NCBI GenBank assembly: GCA_963737655.1
Contig: CAVTTN010000002.1
Span: forward strand, 5,888,001-5,952,000
Reading direction: 5' to 3'
DNA length: 64,000 nucleotides
Source: an uncultured Planctomycetota bacterium
Lineage (GTDB): Bacteria; Planctomycetota; Planctomycetia; Isosphaerales; Isosphaeraceae
Below, in pieces: positions 8,378-18,603 of the stretch (within the stretch, counting starts at the first letter, position 1; every line of letters starts with the position of its first letter). The notes below the pieces were generated by a model. The model was not told the origin of the DNA and made no database searches. It was given only the letters and a program-made list of their open reading frames with translations. The position numbers were made by a program, and so were the translations under genes.

Positions 8378-9517
8378 TCAGCGGGCCTCGGCCACGGCGC
8401 GGACGGCGCCGACGAGGTCGCCCTTGACGGTCGTCTTGAACCGGACGACCTTGCCCTCGCGCTCGACCTTCGCGGCCTTCACGCCCTGCTCGGCCAGGTC
8501 GATCAGGCGGAGGAAGGCCGGCTGGTCCTGGACCTCCTTGCGGACGAGCTTCAGGCCCTCGCCCGAGGCGTTCTGGGCCAGGGTCAGCACGGCATCCACG
8601 GTCTTCTGGACGGCCGAGGCGGCGGCCTCGTCGGCGCAGACGTTCTCCGAGGCGATCGTCAGCCCTCCGGTGCCGTCGACGGCGACGACCAGGCCCTCGA
8701 CCTTCTCCCAGAGCGGGGTGAGCGGCGAGGCCATGGCGAGGATCGCGGCGGCCTCGTCCCCCCCGGCCTGGACGGCCAGGTTGGACTGGCTGCGGAGCCA
8801 CGCCATGTCCACCGCGACGACCGCGTGGCCGACGATCGGCTGGCCCGCGCCGGTCCGCCACTTCGGCCCCTGGCCGGCCGGGGCCGGAGCATTCAGGAAT
8901 TTCTTGAGCGAGGCCTCGGAGGCGACGACGACCGTGCGGTCGTCGGGCTGATAGAAGGCCAGGCCCAGGGTGTCCTTGTCGCCGCCCAGGGGGGCCATCC
9001 GGTAATAGTCCTTGCCGTCGCCGGAGACCTTCGTCGAGTAGATCCCGGTCGCCGCGGCCAGGGCCTTCCATTCGCGGGGCTTGTTCGTGCGGACGATCAG
9101 GGCGCCGATGTCCAGCAGCGCCTTCTCGTTGCCCGAGGCGATCGCCGGGGCGAGCTCTCGGCCGAGGAGGACCACGGCGACCTGCTCGACCGACTCGGGC
9201 TCGGCGATGTCCAGGATCGTCTTGACCTCGGGCTGGCGGGCGAACTCGTCGTAGATCGCCTTGAGCTCGGGCAGCTTCATGAGGTCCGCCGGGCGGAAGG
9301 CGAACACGGCCGGCGCGTCGGCCGGGACCAACGACAGGTCGATCGTCGGCGGGGGCGTCGCCGGGGCCTCGACGGCCGGCGCCGGCGGCGGGGCCGGCTT
9401 CGGCTCCTGCCCGGTCGTCCGGCCCGCCCCGCCGGCCACCAGAGACAGCACCAGGCCCGCCAGGGCCAGGATCAGGGCCTCTCGACCGTACTTCGCGCCA
9501 TCCATCACGCGCTTCAT
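8378..9517 (-). CDS. Hypothetical exported protein
   Basis: Signal-like hydrophobic N-terminus, Pro-rich linker, IDLSLVPADAPAVFAFRPADL. Confidence 0.65.
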   Translation of the reverse strand: MKRVMDGAKYGREALILALAGLVLSLVAGGAGRTTGQEPKPAPPPAPAVEAPATPPPTIDLSLVPADAPAVFAFRPADLMKLPELKAIYDEFARQPEVKTILDIAEPESVEQVAVVLLGRELAPAIASGNEKALLDIGALIVRTNKPREWKALAAATGIYSTKVSGDGKDYYRMAPLGGDKDTLGLAFYQPDDRTVVVASEASLKKFLNAPAPAGQGPKWRTGAGQPIVGHAVVAVDMAWLRSQSNLAVQAGGDEAAAILAMASPLTPLWEKVEGLVVAVDGTGGLTIASENVCADEAAASAVQKTVDAVLTLAQNASGEGLKLVRKEVQDQPAFLRLIDLAEQGVKAAKVEREGKVVRFKTTVKGDLVGAVRAVAEAR

Positions 9518-9623
9518 CGCGAACCCTCCTGTTGCGACCCAAAGTGCCGGCGACCGGCCGGGCGGACCTCCTCCGCGCGCACCTCGCCCGGCCCGAGACC
9601 ATACGCCGGAGGGTCGGGTCCGG

Positions 9624-11114
9624 TCAATCCGAATCCCTTCGGCCGGCCGGCTCCGGGGCGACCGCCTCGGGACGGCCGATGACCGCCGGGGCCGGGTCCG
9701 GCGCCTCGGCCCGGGGCAGGCGGACGACGAATCGGCTGCCCCGGCCCGGCTCGCTCTCGGAGCCGATCGTCCCGCCGTGGGCCGAGGCGATCCGCCGGGC
9801 GACGGCCAGTCCCAGCCCGACCCCGGCTCGGCCGAGCCGGCGGGCCGATTCGGCCCGATAGAACGGCTCGAAGACGCGAGCGAGGTCCCCGACCGCGATC
9901 CCGCAGCCGCGGTCCTCGACCGACAGCGCCACGGCGCCGGGCTCGCTCCAGGCGCGGACGAGGATCGGGGTGCCCGGCCCGCTGTACTTGCACGCGTTCT
10001 CCAGCAGGTTGTCCAGCAACTGGCCGAGCAGAGGCCGGTGGGCCCGGGTCCAGGGCGGTTCCCCGTCGCCGGCCTCCAGGCGGATGTCGGCCGCCCGCTC
10101 GTGGGCCGACCAGGCGAGCAGGTGGCCTGCGGCCCAGGCGGCCAGGTCGAGGCGTTCGAGGTCGGGCAGCCCGGCCTCGGCGTCGGACCGGGCGAGGAAC
10201 AGCAGGGCCTCGACGACCCGCCAGAGCCGGTCGGCGTCGTCGTGGAGCTGGTCCAGGACCCCCTCATGCTCCTCGACCGTCCGGCGGCGTCGGCGGGCGA
10301 CCTCGATCGCGGCGATCAGGGCGGCCAGAGGGGTCCGCAGCTGATGAGAGGCCTGGCCGGTGAATTGCCTCTGCCGCTCCAGCGCCACGTGGAGGCGGTC
10401 GAGGAGGCCGTTGAAGCTGCCGGCGAAGTCCTCCAGCTCGTCGCGGGTCCCCGGGCTGGGCAGGCGGCCCTCGTCGAAGGGCATGGCGCGGGCCGACTCG
10501 GCCATCAGGGTCAGCGGGGCGAGGGCCCGTCTCGCGAAATGGCGGCCGATCACCGCGGCGAGCCCCCAGAGGCCCAGCGAGATCAGCGGGAGGATGGCCG
10601 CCAGCCAGCGGATTTCGGCCTCCACCGGCTCGATCGAGGCCCACGCCGACAGCACGCGAGGCGAGCCGTCGCGGCCCGGAGGCCCGTGGCGACGCTCCTC
10701 GCCCCGCGGCCCGCGAGGCCCGCCCGGAGGAGGGCCCGGAGGCGGGCCCGGGGGCGGGCCTCCGCCGATCTTCCTCGCGAGGATGCGCCAACGACGGCCG
10801 TCGGGCCCCTCGATCGTCGTCGGCACGTCCACCGCCAAAGGCCGGAGGTCGCGGCCGTCGAGGACCATCGTTTGCCAGTCGTCGCCCGGCCTGGATTCGA
10901 CCCTCCGGCCCGACTCCTCGTAGATGGCCCAGGAGACGCGGCCTCGCGGGGCCTCTCGGCGTTCGGGGAAGTGGTCCAGGGTCGTCTCCAGCTCCTGGTC
11001 CAGGGCGAGGCGCAGGCGCAGGCCGGCGACGTAATACAGGGTCGCGGAGAACCCGCCGAGGGCCATCGCCAGCGCCACGAGGAAGGCGACCGAGACTCGG
11101 GAGACCAGGCTCAT
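9624..11114 (-). CDS. Sensor histidine kinase (HAMP-HisKA-HATPase)
   Basis: FTGQASHQLRTPL H-box, NLLENACKYS, VEDRGCGI, GVGLGLAVA; 2 TM; ATGA overlap with the regulator. Confidence 0.93.
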   Translation of the reverse strand: MSLVSRVSVAFLVALAMALGGFSATLYYVAGLRLRLALDQELETTLDHFPERREAPRGRVSWAIYEESGRRVESRPGDDWQTMVLDGRDLRPLAVDVPTTIEGPDGRRWRILARKIGGGPPPGPPPGPPPGGPRGPRGEERRHGPPGRDGSPRVLSAWASIEPVEAEIRWLAAILPLISLGLWGLAAVIGRHFARRALAPLTLMAESARAMPFDEGRLPSPGTRDELEDFAGSFNGLLDRLHVALERQRQFTGQASHQLRTPLAALIAAIEVARRRRRTVEEHEGVLDQLHDDADRLWRVVEALLFLARSDAEAGLPDLERLDLAAWAAGHLLAWSAHERAADIRLEAGDGEPPWTRAHRPLLGQLLDNLLENACKYSGPGTPILVRAWSEPGAVALSVEDRGCGIAVGDLARVFEPFYRAESARRLGRAGVGLGLAVARRIASAHGGTIGSESEPGRGSRFVVRLPRAEAPDPAPAVIGRPEAVAPEPAGRRDSD

Positions 11115-11812
11115 GGGGCCTCCTCGACCGCGGGATGGGGCGGGTCGCCCAGCAGGTAGCCCCGGCCTCGGACCGTCTGGATCAGCCGAGGCCCCTGCGC
11201 CTCCAAAGCCCGGCGAAGCTCCTTGACGTGGACGTCCAGCGTGTTCGAGACGAAGTCGTAGGCCTCGCCCCAGACGTGCCCGTAGATCCGCGATCGCGAC
11301 AGGACTTCCCCGGGATGCCGGAGGAAGAAGACGAGCAAGGCCAGCTCCTTGGTCGTGAGGTTCAGGGCCTGGCCGGCTCGCTCGGCCTTCTGCTCCGCCA
11401 GGTCCACCCGCACGTCGCGATAGGAGAGCGTCGCGACCTGGACCGGCCGGCCCCGGCGGATCAGGGCCCGGGCCCGGGCGAGCAGCTCGTCGAAGGCGAA
11501 CGGCTTGCACAGATAGTCGTCGGCCCCGCCGTCCAGGCCGCGGACCCGGTCGCTCACGGCGTCTCTGGCCGTGAGGAACAGCGCGGGCGTCGTCCCGCCC
11601 TGGCGGCGATGGCCGCCCAGGACCTCCAGCCCGTCCAGGCCGGGCAGCCACCAGTCGAGGATCACGAGGTCCCATTCGGCGGCCCGGAGCGAGCCCAGGG
11701 CCGCGAGGCCGTCGGCGGCATGAGCGACGGTGAAGCCCTCGTCCGACAGACCTTCGACGATCGATCGGGCGAGGCTCGCGTCGTCCTCGACGACCAGGAC
11801 CCGCTTTCCCAT
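11111..11812 (-). CDS. OmpR-family response regulator
   Basis: VLVVEDD, DLVILDWWLPGLDG, GADDYLCKPF, IQTVRGRGY. Confidence 0.95.
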   Translation of the reverse strand: MGKRVLVVEDDASLARSIVEGLSDEGFTVAHAADGLAALGSLRAAEWDLVILDWWLPGLDGLEVLGGHRRQGGTTPALFLTARDAVSDRVRGLDGGADDYLCKPFAFDELLARARALIRRGRPVQVATLSYRDVRVDLAEQKAERAGQALNLTTKELALLVFFLRHPGEVLSRSRIYGHVWGEAYDFVSNTLDVHVKELRRALEAQGPRLIQTVRGRGYLLGDPPHPAVEEAP

Positions 11813-12198
11813 GGAATCCCATCGCCCCGCGAGAGGCCATCGCCGATCACCGCCGGAAAGCACCGACCTCTCCCATTAAATCACGGCCCGATGATCGGTG
11901 GGAGGCGAGTCCGCCGAAGGGCGCGGATTTCCTCGGGGATCGAGGATCGGGCGCGAGTCCCCCGTCGGGGCCGCGATGATGAAACGGATTTTAGGGTTTC
12001 TCGACGCCCGAACCAGGGGCGCGAACGCTACCATCTCGGGGAAGACGGTTCGCGCACGACGGTCCTTCGTCGGGCGGGCCTCGGCCTGCCCGACGAGGGC
12101 GTGATCCCCGGAATTCGGCCTCGGGCCGTGCCTCTGCGTCCCTGGATGCCTGCTCCGCAATCTTCCCGTCAGAGCTCCCAAGAACAGGAGAGCGTCGG

Positions 12199-13652
12199 AT
12201 GAACAGACCTGCCATTCTCACCCTGACGGCCTCGGCGGGCGCGTTGTCGCTCGGGTTGCTGGCGATCCACCTCGGCTCGGCCGCTCCTCGGGCCACGGCC
12301 CAGGCCTCGGGGCCCGCCCGGACCTGCTCACCTCGCCGAAGGAGGCCGACGTCGTGGACGCCGCCGAGGCGTTCCTGGCCTCGCTGACCCCGGAGCAGCG
12401 CGCGATCGCCCAGGTCGAGCTCACGCCGAAGCTCGCCGTCCGCTGGACGAACTTCCCGGGCGGGTCCAACGTGCGCAACGGCGTCTTCTATCGAGACCTC
12501 AAGCCCAACCAGGTCGCGGCGGCCCTGAAGGTCGCCCGGGTCGCCCTGGGCGAGGAGGGCTTCGCCCGATACCAGGAAGTCCGCGCGGCCGACGACGCCT
12601 TCGCCAAAGGGCGAGGCGGTCGGGGCCCGGGCGGCCCCGGCGGTCCGGGAGGAGGTCCTGGCGGTCCGGGCGGAGGCCCCGGCGGTCCTGGCGGACGCCC
12701 TGGCGGTCCCGGTGGACCGGACGGGCCTGGTGGCCCTGGCGGAGGTCCGGGTGGACCGGACGGCCCTGGCGGGCCCGGCGGTCCCGGCGGCCTGTTCGAG
12801 CAGTCCGACGCGAACAAGGATGGCAAGCTGAGCCGGGCCGAGGCCCAGGGCCCGCTCCTCGACATGTTCGCCGAGATCGACACGAACAAGGACGGCTTCA
12901 TCAGCCGCGAGGAGGACATGGCGTTCCTCCGCCAGCGAGGCCCCGGCGGTCCGGGTGGCGGGCCGCAACGCAAGGGCGGTGGTCCGGGCGGTCCCGGCGG
13001 TCCGGGAGGTCCCGGAGGCGGGTTCAACTTCGGGTCGGAAAACTACATGATCGCGTTCCTGGGCAAGCCGTCGAAGACCTCGCCCTGGATCTTGCAACTG
13101 GGCGGGCACCACCTCGCCATCAACCTCTTCTACAAGGGCACGACCGGCGCCGCGACCCCTTACCACGTCGCCGCCCAGCCGACGGTGTGGAAGGATGAGC
13201 AGGGCAAGACCCACGAGCCGCTCTTCCCGATGCGCGAGGCGCTGCAAGGCCTGCTCGCCTCCCTCTCGCCCGAGCAGGCGAAGCGGGCGAAGCTCGACGC
13301 GAGGTTCAACGACGTCTACGTCGGCCCCGGCAAGGACGGCAAGTTCCCCGCCAAGAGCGAGGGCGTCCCCGTCTCCGAGCTCTCCGACGCCTCGAAGGCG
13401 CTCGTCCGCAAGGCCATCGCCGCCTGGACCGATGACAGCCCCCAGGGCGCCGAGTACCGCAAGATCTACGACGCGGACCTCGACCGGGTGAAGGTCTCCT
13501 ATTCGGGGACGACGAAAGTGGGCGATCGGGGCGACTACGTCCGCATCGACGGCCCTCGCGTCTGGATCGAATTCGCCGTCCAGGGCAGCGACCACGTCCA
13601 CACCATCTGGCGGGACCGCCTGACCGATTACGGGGCCGAATTCTCCTTCTGA
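12199..13652 (+). CDS. Exported DUF3500 protein with inserted EF-hand pair and (GGP)n linkers; frameshift near 12320
   Basis: Signal peptide in 12199 frame joins AAEAFLASLTPEQ; WILQLGGHHLAIN, YVRIDGPRVWIEF, HVHTIWRD; EF-hands DANKDGKLSRAE and DTNKDGFISREE. Confidence 0.8.
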
Positions 13653-13659
13653 GGCCACG

Positions 13660-14997
13660 ATGCGACGACTTCTCCCGGCCCTCCTCCTCCTGATCGCGGC
13701 GAGTTCGGCCCGGGCCCATCCCATGCCGAACTCGGCCATCGTGCTGCGCCTCCATCGCACCGAGATCGGCGCCGAATTGACCCTGCCGATCGGCGAGCTG
13801 GCCGTGGGCTGGGAGAAGCCGTTGCCCCTGGACTCCGCCCGGACGGTCCGGGAATTCGGCGAGGAACTCCGGGGCTACGTGCTCCAGCACGTCCACGCCT
13901 CGGCGCCCGACGGGCGGCCCTGGGCCGTCACCGTCCGCGAGTTGACCCCGATCGACGACGAACAGGGGCCCGACGTCCGGATCTCGCTGACGATGACCCC
14001 GCCGCCCGGCGCGCCCGCGGACCGGCTGACCTTCCATTACGATGGGATCTTCCACCACCTCGTCACCCATGAGGCGGTCGTCACCCTGGCGAGCGACTGG
14101 AGCCACGGCGTCCTCGGCGATCGGCCGATCCTCCTGGGGACGATGCGCGACACCAACGCCGCGATCGCCATCGACCGCTCCGGCGGGAGCTGGTTCCGGG
14201 GATTCGCCGCCATGTTCCGCCTCGGCACCCGCCACATCGCCGAGGGGACCGACCATCTCCTGTTCCTCCTCGCGCTGATCCTCCCCGCGCCTCTCGTCGC
14301 GACGGGCGGGCGCTGGGGCGGCTATGCCGGATGGAAGACCGCGTTCCGGAGGATCGTCAAGGTCGTGACCGCGTTCACCCTCGGTCACTCGGTCACCCTG
14401 GTGATCGGCGCGTTGGGATGGGTGCGCCTGCCCGGTGCATTCATCGAATCGGCCATCGCCGTCTCGATCCTGGTCTCGGCCGCGAATGCCCTGGTGCCGA
14501 TCTTCCGGGGCCGAGAAGCCTTCATCGCCGGGGGCTTCGGGCTGGTCCACGGCCTGGCGTTCGCGGCGACGCTGACCGGCTTCGGGCTCGACCCGGTGAC
14601 GATGGTTTCGAGCGTCCTGGGGTTCAATCTCGGGATCGAGGCCTTCCAGCTCCTGGTCATCCTGGCGGCGATGCCCTGGCTCGTGCTCCTGGCCCGCTCG
14701 CGCGTTTATGGGCCGTTCCGCATCGCCGGGGCCACGCTGACCGGCATCGCCGCCGTCGCCTGGCTTGCGGAGCGGGCCTTCGGCTGGGTCAACCCCGTCG
14801 TCCCCCTGGTCGAAGGGGTCGCGGCTCACGCCCTCTGGCTACTCGCGTCCCTGGCCGTCCTGGCCTGCGTCGCGTCGGGCACGACACGCCTCGGCCGGAT
14901 GCCCGCCGAATGCGGCGGCACTCCACGGTCTGGCGGTAGCGCATCAAGCCGACTCGCGGGGTGGGTGCCGATTCGGTCGAGCACGTCGCAAAGGTAG
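13660..14997 (+). CDS. HupE/UreJ family membrane protein
   Basis: ARAH signal end; LGTRHIAEGTDHLLFL, VTAFTLGHSVTL, FGLVHGLAFA, GFNLGIE. Confidence 0.88.
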   Translation: MRRLLPALLLLIAASSARAHPMPNSAIVLRLHRTEIGAELTLPIGELAVGWEKPLPLDSARTVREFGEELRGYVLQHVHASAPDGRPWAVTVRELTPIDDEQGPDVRISLTMTPPPGAPADRLTFHYDGIFHHLVTHEAVVTLASDWSHGVLGDRPILLGTMRDTNAAIAIDRSGGSWFRGFAAMFRLGTRHIAEGTDHLLFLLALILPAPLVATGGRWGGYAGWKTAFRRIVKVVTAFTLGHSVTLVIGALGWVRLPGAFIESAIAVSILVSAANALVPIFRGREAFIAGGFGLVHGLAFAATLTGFGLDPVTMVSSVLGFNLGIEAFQLLVILAAMPWLVLLARSRVYGPFRIAGATLTGIAAVAWLAERAFGWVNPVVPLVEGVAAHALWLLASLAVLACVASGTTRLGRMPAECGGTPRSGGSASSRLAGWVPIRSSTSQR

Positions 14998-15196
14998 GCC
15001 AACGCCCCGCGGCCCAACGGTCGGCACGATGCGAGGCCAGGCCTCCAAATGAGCAAGTCGCCCCGGCCGGTACGACCGGGCATAAACGATCGCTTCGCCA
15101 GCCAAGCGATTCCGTCGCACCTTCGCGGCCTCGCCGTCCATCCACGCCCAGGACGAATCTCGCCAAGCCGCCACCAGGACCACCCGCGAAACCCCA

Positions 15197-15225
15197 TTGC
15201 ATGCCCGACCCAACGGCTGTAAACT
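15197..15225 (+). promoter_or_regulatory. Putative sigma70 promoter of tRNA-Gly
   Basis: TTGCAT - 17 bp - TAAACT about 30 bp upstream of the tRNA. Confidence 0.5.
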
Positions 15226-15254
15226 CCTTCTGAGCGGTAAAACACCTCAAAATC

Positions 15255-15326
<72 letters not shown>

Positions 15327-15364
15327 CTGTCGGAAATCGTTAGTGCCGAAGCGGTTACGCTTAC

Positions 15365-15422
15365 CCTCCGACGGTCGGAGGCGCGGCCGGATGCCTTCCG
15401 AAGTGAGTACGGTACTCACTTC
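15365..15422. promoter_or_regulatory. Two perfect palindromes between tRNA and integrase
   Basis: CCTCCGAC-G-GTCGGAGG (15365-15381) and GAAGTGAGTAC-G-GTACTCACTTC (15400-15422). Confidence 0.5.
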
Positions 15423-15438
15423 CCGGGAGAACCGACCC

Positions 15439-16716
15439 GTGCCCCGCAAGCCCCGCGTCCCCTCCTACCGCCGCCACAAGGGCCGCAACCTGGCCGTCGT
15501 GGTCATCCAGGGCCGCTCCCACTACCTCGGCCCCTGGAACTCCCCCGAGAGCCGGGCCGAGTACGCCCGGGTCGTCCGCGAGTGGGCCGCCCGCCAGGGC
15601 CAATCCCCTCCCCCTCGCGCCGCCCGCGAGGGCGGCCCGGCCCCCGACCCCACGGTCGACGAGGTGCTGGTGGCGTTCCTCCGGCACGCCGCCGTCCACT
15701 ACCGCGACCGCGACGGCCGGCCGACCCGGGAATTCGAGAACGTCCGCGAGGCGGTCAAGCCGCTCCGCCGGCTCTACGGCCACACCCCGGCCGCGGACTT
15801 CGGCCCGCTGGCCCTGCACGCGGTCCGTGACGAGATGGTCGCCTCGGGCCTCGCCCGGACGACCGTCAACGCCCGGGTCGGCCGGGTCCGCCGGGCCTTC
15901 AAGTGGGCCGCCTCGGTGGAGATGGTCCCCGGCTCGGCGAGTCGGGCCCTGGAGGACGTCCAGGGCCTCCGCGCCGGTCGGACCGAGGCCCCCGAGACCG
16001 ACCCGGTGGAGGCCGTCCCGCTCGACCGGGTGGAGGCGACTTTGCCGCACCTGACGCCGACCGTGGCCGCGATGGTCCGGGTCCAGTTGCTCTCGGCCTG
16101 CCGGGCGGGCGAGGTCATGGCCATGACCACCCGCGAGATCGTCCCCGGGGAGCCGGCCTGGACGTCCCGCCCGGGCCGGCACAAGGGCACATGGCGGGGC
16201 AAGGGGAGGGTCGTGGCGCTGGGCCCCAGGGCCGTGGAGGCCCTCCGGCCGTTCCTCCGGCCCGACGAGCCGGACCGCCCGCTGTTCTCGCCGGCCGAGG
16301 CGACGGCCGCGTACCGGGCGGGACGGGCCGCCGCCCGGAGGACGAAGCGGACCCCCTCGGAGCTGGCCCGCCGGGCCGTCGGGGTGCCGAGCCGCCCGCC
16401 GGCCGACCGCTACGACCGCCGGGGGTATCGCCAGGCGATCGTGCGGGCCTGCGACCGCGCGTTCCCGCACCCGACGCTCTCGACGATCCCGGCCGACAGG
16501 CTCTCCCCCGAGCAACGCGCGGAGTTTGTGCAGTGGCGGGACCGTCACCGTTGGTCGCCGCTGCAGCTCCGCCACGCCGCGGCGACGGCGATCCGGGCGC
16601 GGTACGGGCTGGAGGCCGCCCAGGTCGTCCTGGGCCACGCCAAGGCCGACGTGACCCAGGTCTACGCCGAGCGGGACCTCACCCGGGCCGTCGCGGTCAT
16701 GGCCGAGTTCGGCTGA
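15439..16716 (+). CDS. Tyrosine recombinase / genomic-island integrase
   Basis: N-terminal VPSYRRHK...HYLGPW; catalytic SACRAGE (R), RHK, LQLRHAAAT, LGHAKADVTQVY; directly 3' of tRNA. Confidence 0.92.
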   Translation: MPRKPRVPSYRRHKGRNLAVVVIQGRSHYLGPWNSPESRAEYARVVREWAARQGQSPPPRAAREGGPAPDPTVDEVLVAFLRHAAVHYRDRDGRPTREFENVREAVKPLRRLYGHTPAADFGPLALHAVRDEMVASGLARTTVNARVGRVRRAFKWAASVEMVPGSASRALEDVQGLRAGRTEAPETDPVEAVPLDRVEATLPHLTPTVAAMVRVQLLSACRAGEVMAMTTREIVPGEPAWTSRPGRHKGTWRGKGRVVALGPRAVEALRPFLRPDEPDRPLFSPAEATAAYRAGRAAARRTKRTPSELARRAVGVPSRPPADRYDRRGYRQAIVRACDRAFPHPTLSTIPADRLSPEQRAEFVQWRDRHRWSPLQLRHAAATAIRARYGLEAAQVVLGHAKADVTQVYAERDLTRAVAVMAEFG

Positions 16717-17030
16717 CGCCGGGCCGCTTCCCACGGGTGGGGACGGCCGTCGGCCGAGCGACGGGGTGGAAGCCGCTTCCACGCCGTCGCGGCCGAACGT
16801 CGGGTGCTCATGCTTGCTCTCCGAGGCGATTCGGCCTGCCCACGCCCGGGTCGGAAGTCCCACGACCACCTCCGCCGAGGGGCTCACCGGGGCGTCGACC
16901 GGCCGCGGGGCGGAAGCCGCTTCCACCCCGATCCCGGCGGCGCTGCTCCGGGACGCGGGGAGGAGGCCGTCGGGCCGCTGCTTCTCCGAGGCCCCCGGCG
17001 ATCGCCGCCCGGTGGGACCGGGCCCCGCAC

Positions 17031-17187
17031 CCGGCTTGCCATCCGTGGCCGCGGTCCCGAATAATGGGGTCGTCCCCGCGTCGCGAGGGGGGGCGAGGAG
17101 GCGCACGCCCATGACGGACGAGGCGGCGGGCCGCGAGGCGTTCGAACGGTTCCGATCGGCGTACGAGGTCGGCGACCGGAGGCTCCG
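17031..17187 (+). repeat. Inverted repeat copy A (primase 5' region); copy B at 29816-29973
   Basis: About 4 mismatches over ~140 bp; encodes MTDEAAGREAFERFRSAYEVGDRRLR vs MADEAAGREAFERSRSAYEVGDRRLR. Confidence 0.9.
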
Positions 17188-17789
17188 CTGGCCCATCGGC
17201 CCTCTGAGCCTCCGCCCCGCCGGCCGATCGCGGTTTGGCGACCGGCCCTCACCGGCCCTTCGGAATCGCCGCCGGACGGCCGCCGGCTCGGGGCCTGGCT
17301 CCGACGCCCCCGCCGTCGAGGCCGTGATGGATCTCGCCGAGGAAGCCGCACCGATCAGGCGAGACCGCATGGCGCGGCGGACCGGCGGACCGGCCCGACC
17401 GGACGCATGCGTCCGCCGCCGAGCCCCCGCCGTACGGGGCACCCGACCGAGCCGAGGCTGCGGGGTCGGGGCCCCGATTGCGAAGACATCGTGCCGGCCC
17501 TCGACCGGGTGCGTCGTTCGGTATGGCGGACCGGAGCCTGCAAGGCCGACTCCGGCACGCCATCGGAAGCGGACGTTCTCGACCGGAACCCGGTCATGGC
17601 CTTCACCTTTGGAGGAAGGCTCCGAGTCGTCCGCTCAAGCCTACCCACCGCTCGATGACTCCGGCCGTTGTGCGATTCCTTCTTTCCCTTGGCCCGGGTC
17701 TTCGGGCCGAGCCAAGGCCCCCGCCCGTGACGGTCAGCCGCTGTGGTCCGGCGGCAGGGCCGCCAGTCCTTCGAATTATTTCGGCACGG

Positions 17790-17994
17790 GGGGAGCCACG
17801 CCGTCGCTACCACTTTGATAGTACGTTGCCGTACCAGTCGCTGAAGAACGGCCAGGCGGCGATGGCGATCATCTCTACCAGCATGGCGTCCGCAACTTCC
17901 AGGTCCTGAGCACGGCGGGCACGAGTGGGCGGACTGGCGGCGGTACCTCCACCAGACCGCCCGGGTCATGTTCCCGGAGGACCGCAAGGATTGA
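17790..17994 (+). pseudogene. 3' remnant of an esterase (start approximate)
   Basis: Ends HEWADWRRYLHQTARVMFPEDRKD*, matching the C-termini of the two downstream esterases. Confidence 0.55.
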
Positions 17995-18024
17995 CGGTAA
18001 CATGGCCGCCGGCCGGGAGTTCCC

Positions 18025-18528
18025 ATGGTGAGCGGGCACGATCTGGCGAAGCGGCTCCGGGCCGCCTACCTGGCGCTGCACCGGCGGACGAACGCCGCGT
18101 TGGTCGAGTCCGGCGTCACGGCCGACCAGTTCGTCTTGCTCACGGCGCTGGCCGAGGGGGACGGCGTGACGCAGAAGGACCTGGTGGGCCGGACCGGCTC
18201 GGACCCGAACACGATCAGCGAGATGCTGGCCCGGCTGGAGAAGAAGGGGGTTGTCGCCCGCGAGCGGCACGCCGAGGATGGCCGGGCGCGGATCGTGACG
18301 CTGACGCCGTGCGGGCGGGGGGTGCAGGCCGGCCTCTGGGAGCGGACCGTACCGCTGCGTGCGGAGCTGGAGTCCCTCTTCTCGCCGGAGGGCCTGGGAC
18401 GCCTGACCCGCGGGCTCGGCCGCATCGCGACGGCGTTCGGCCCGCCCGCGACCGACCCGGCGGGCGGCCCCTCTCCCGAGGCCCTTCCGACGAGGCCGAC
18501 CGCCCGCACCGAGGCACCCGAGAGTTAG
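18025..18528 (+). CDS. MarR family regulator
   Basis: GVTADQFVLL...TQKDLV...TISEMLARLEKKGVVARERHAEDGRARIVTLT. Confidence 0.92.
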   Translation: MVSGHDLAKRLRAAYLALHRRTNAALVESGVTADQFVLLTALAEGDGVTQKDLVGRTGSDPNTISEMLARLEKKGVVARERHAEDGRARIVTLTPCGRGVQAGLWERTVPLRAELESLFSPEGLGRLTRGLGRIATAFGPPATDPAGGPSPEALPTRPTARTEAPES

Positions 18529-18603
18529 CCGTCGCCCGGTCGTGGAGTTCGCCTCCCACACATCGCCGTGACTTCCCTTCCCATCCGACGAGGACAAACC
18601 CGC

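Noticed and set aside
12488..13027. Collagen-like (PPG)n ORF on the minus strand
   Set aside because: Antisense shadow of the (GGP)n linkers of the DUF3500 gene
15439..16716. Integrase as the IntI for the cassette array
   Set aside because: It lies 10 kb away next to a tRNA, has an island-type N-terminus and shows no recognisable IntI-specific patch
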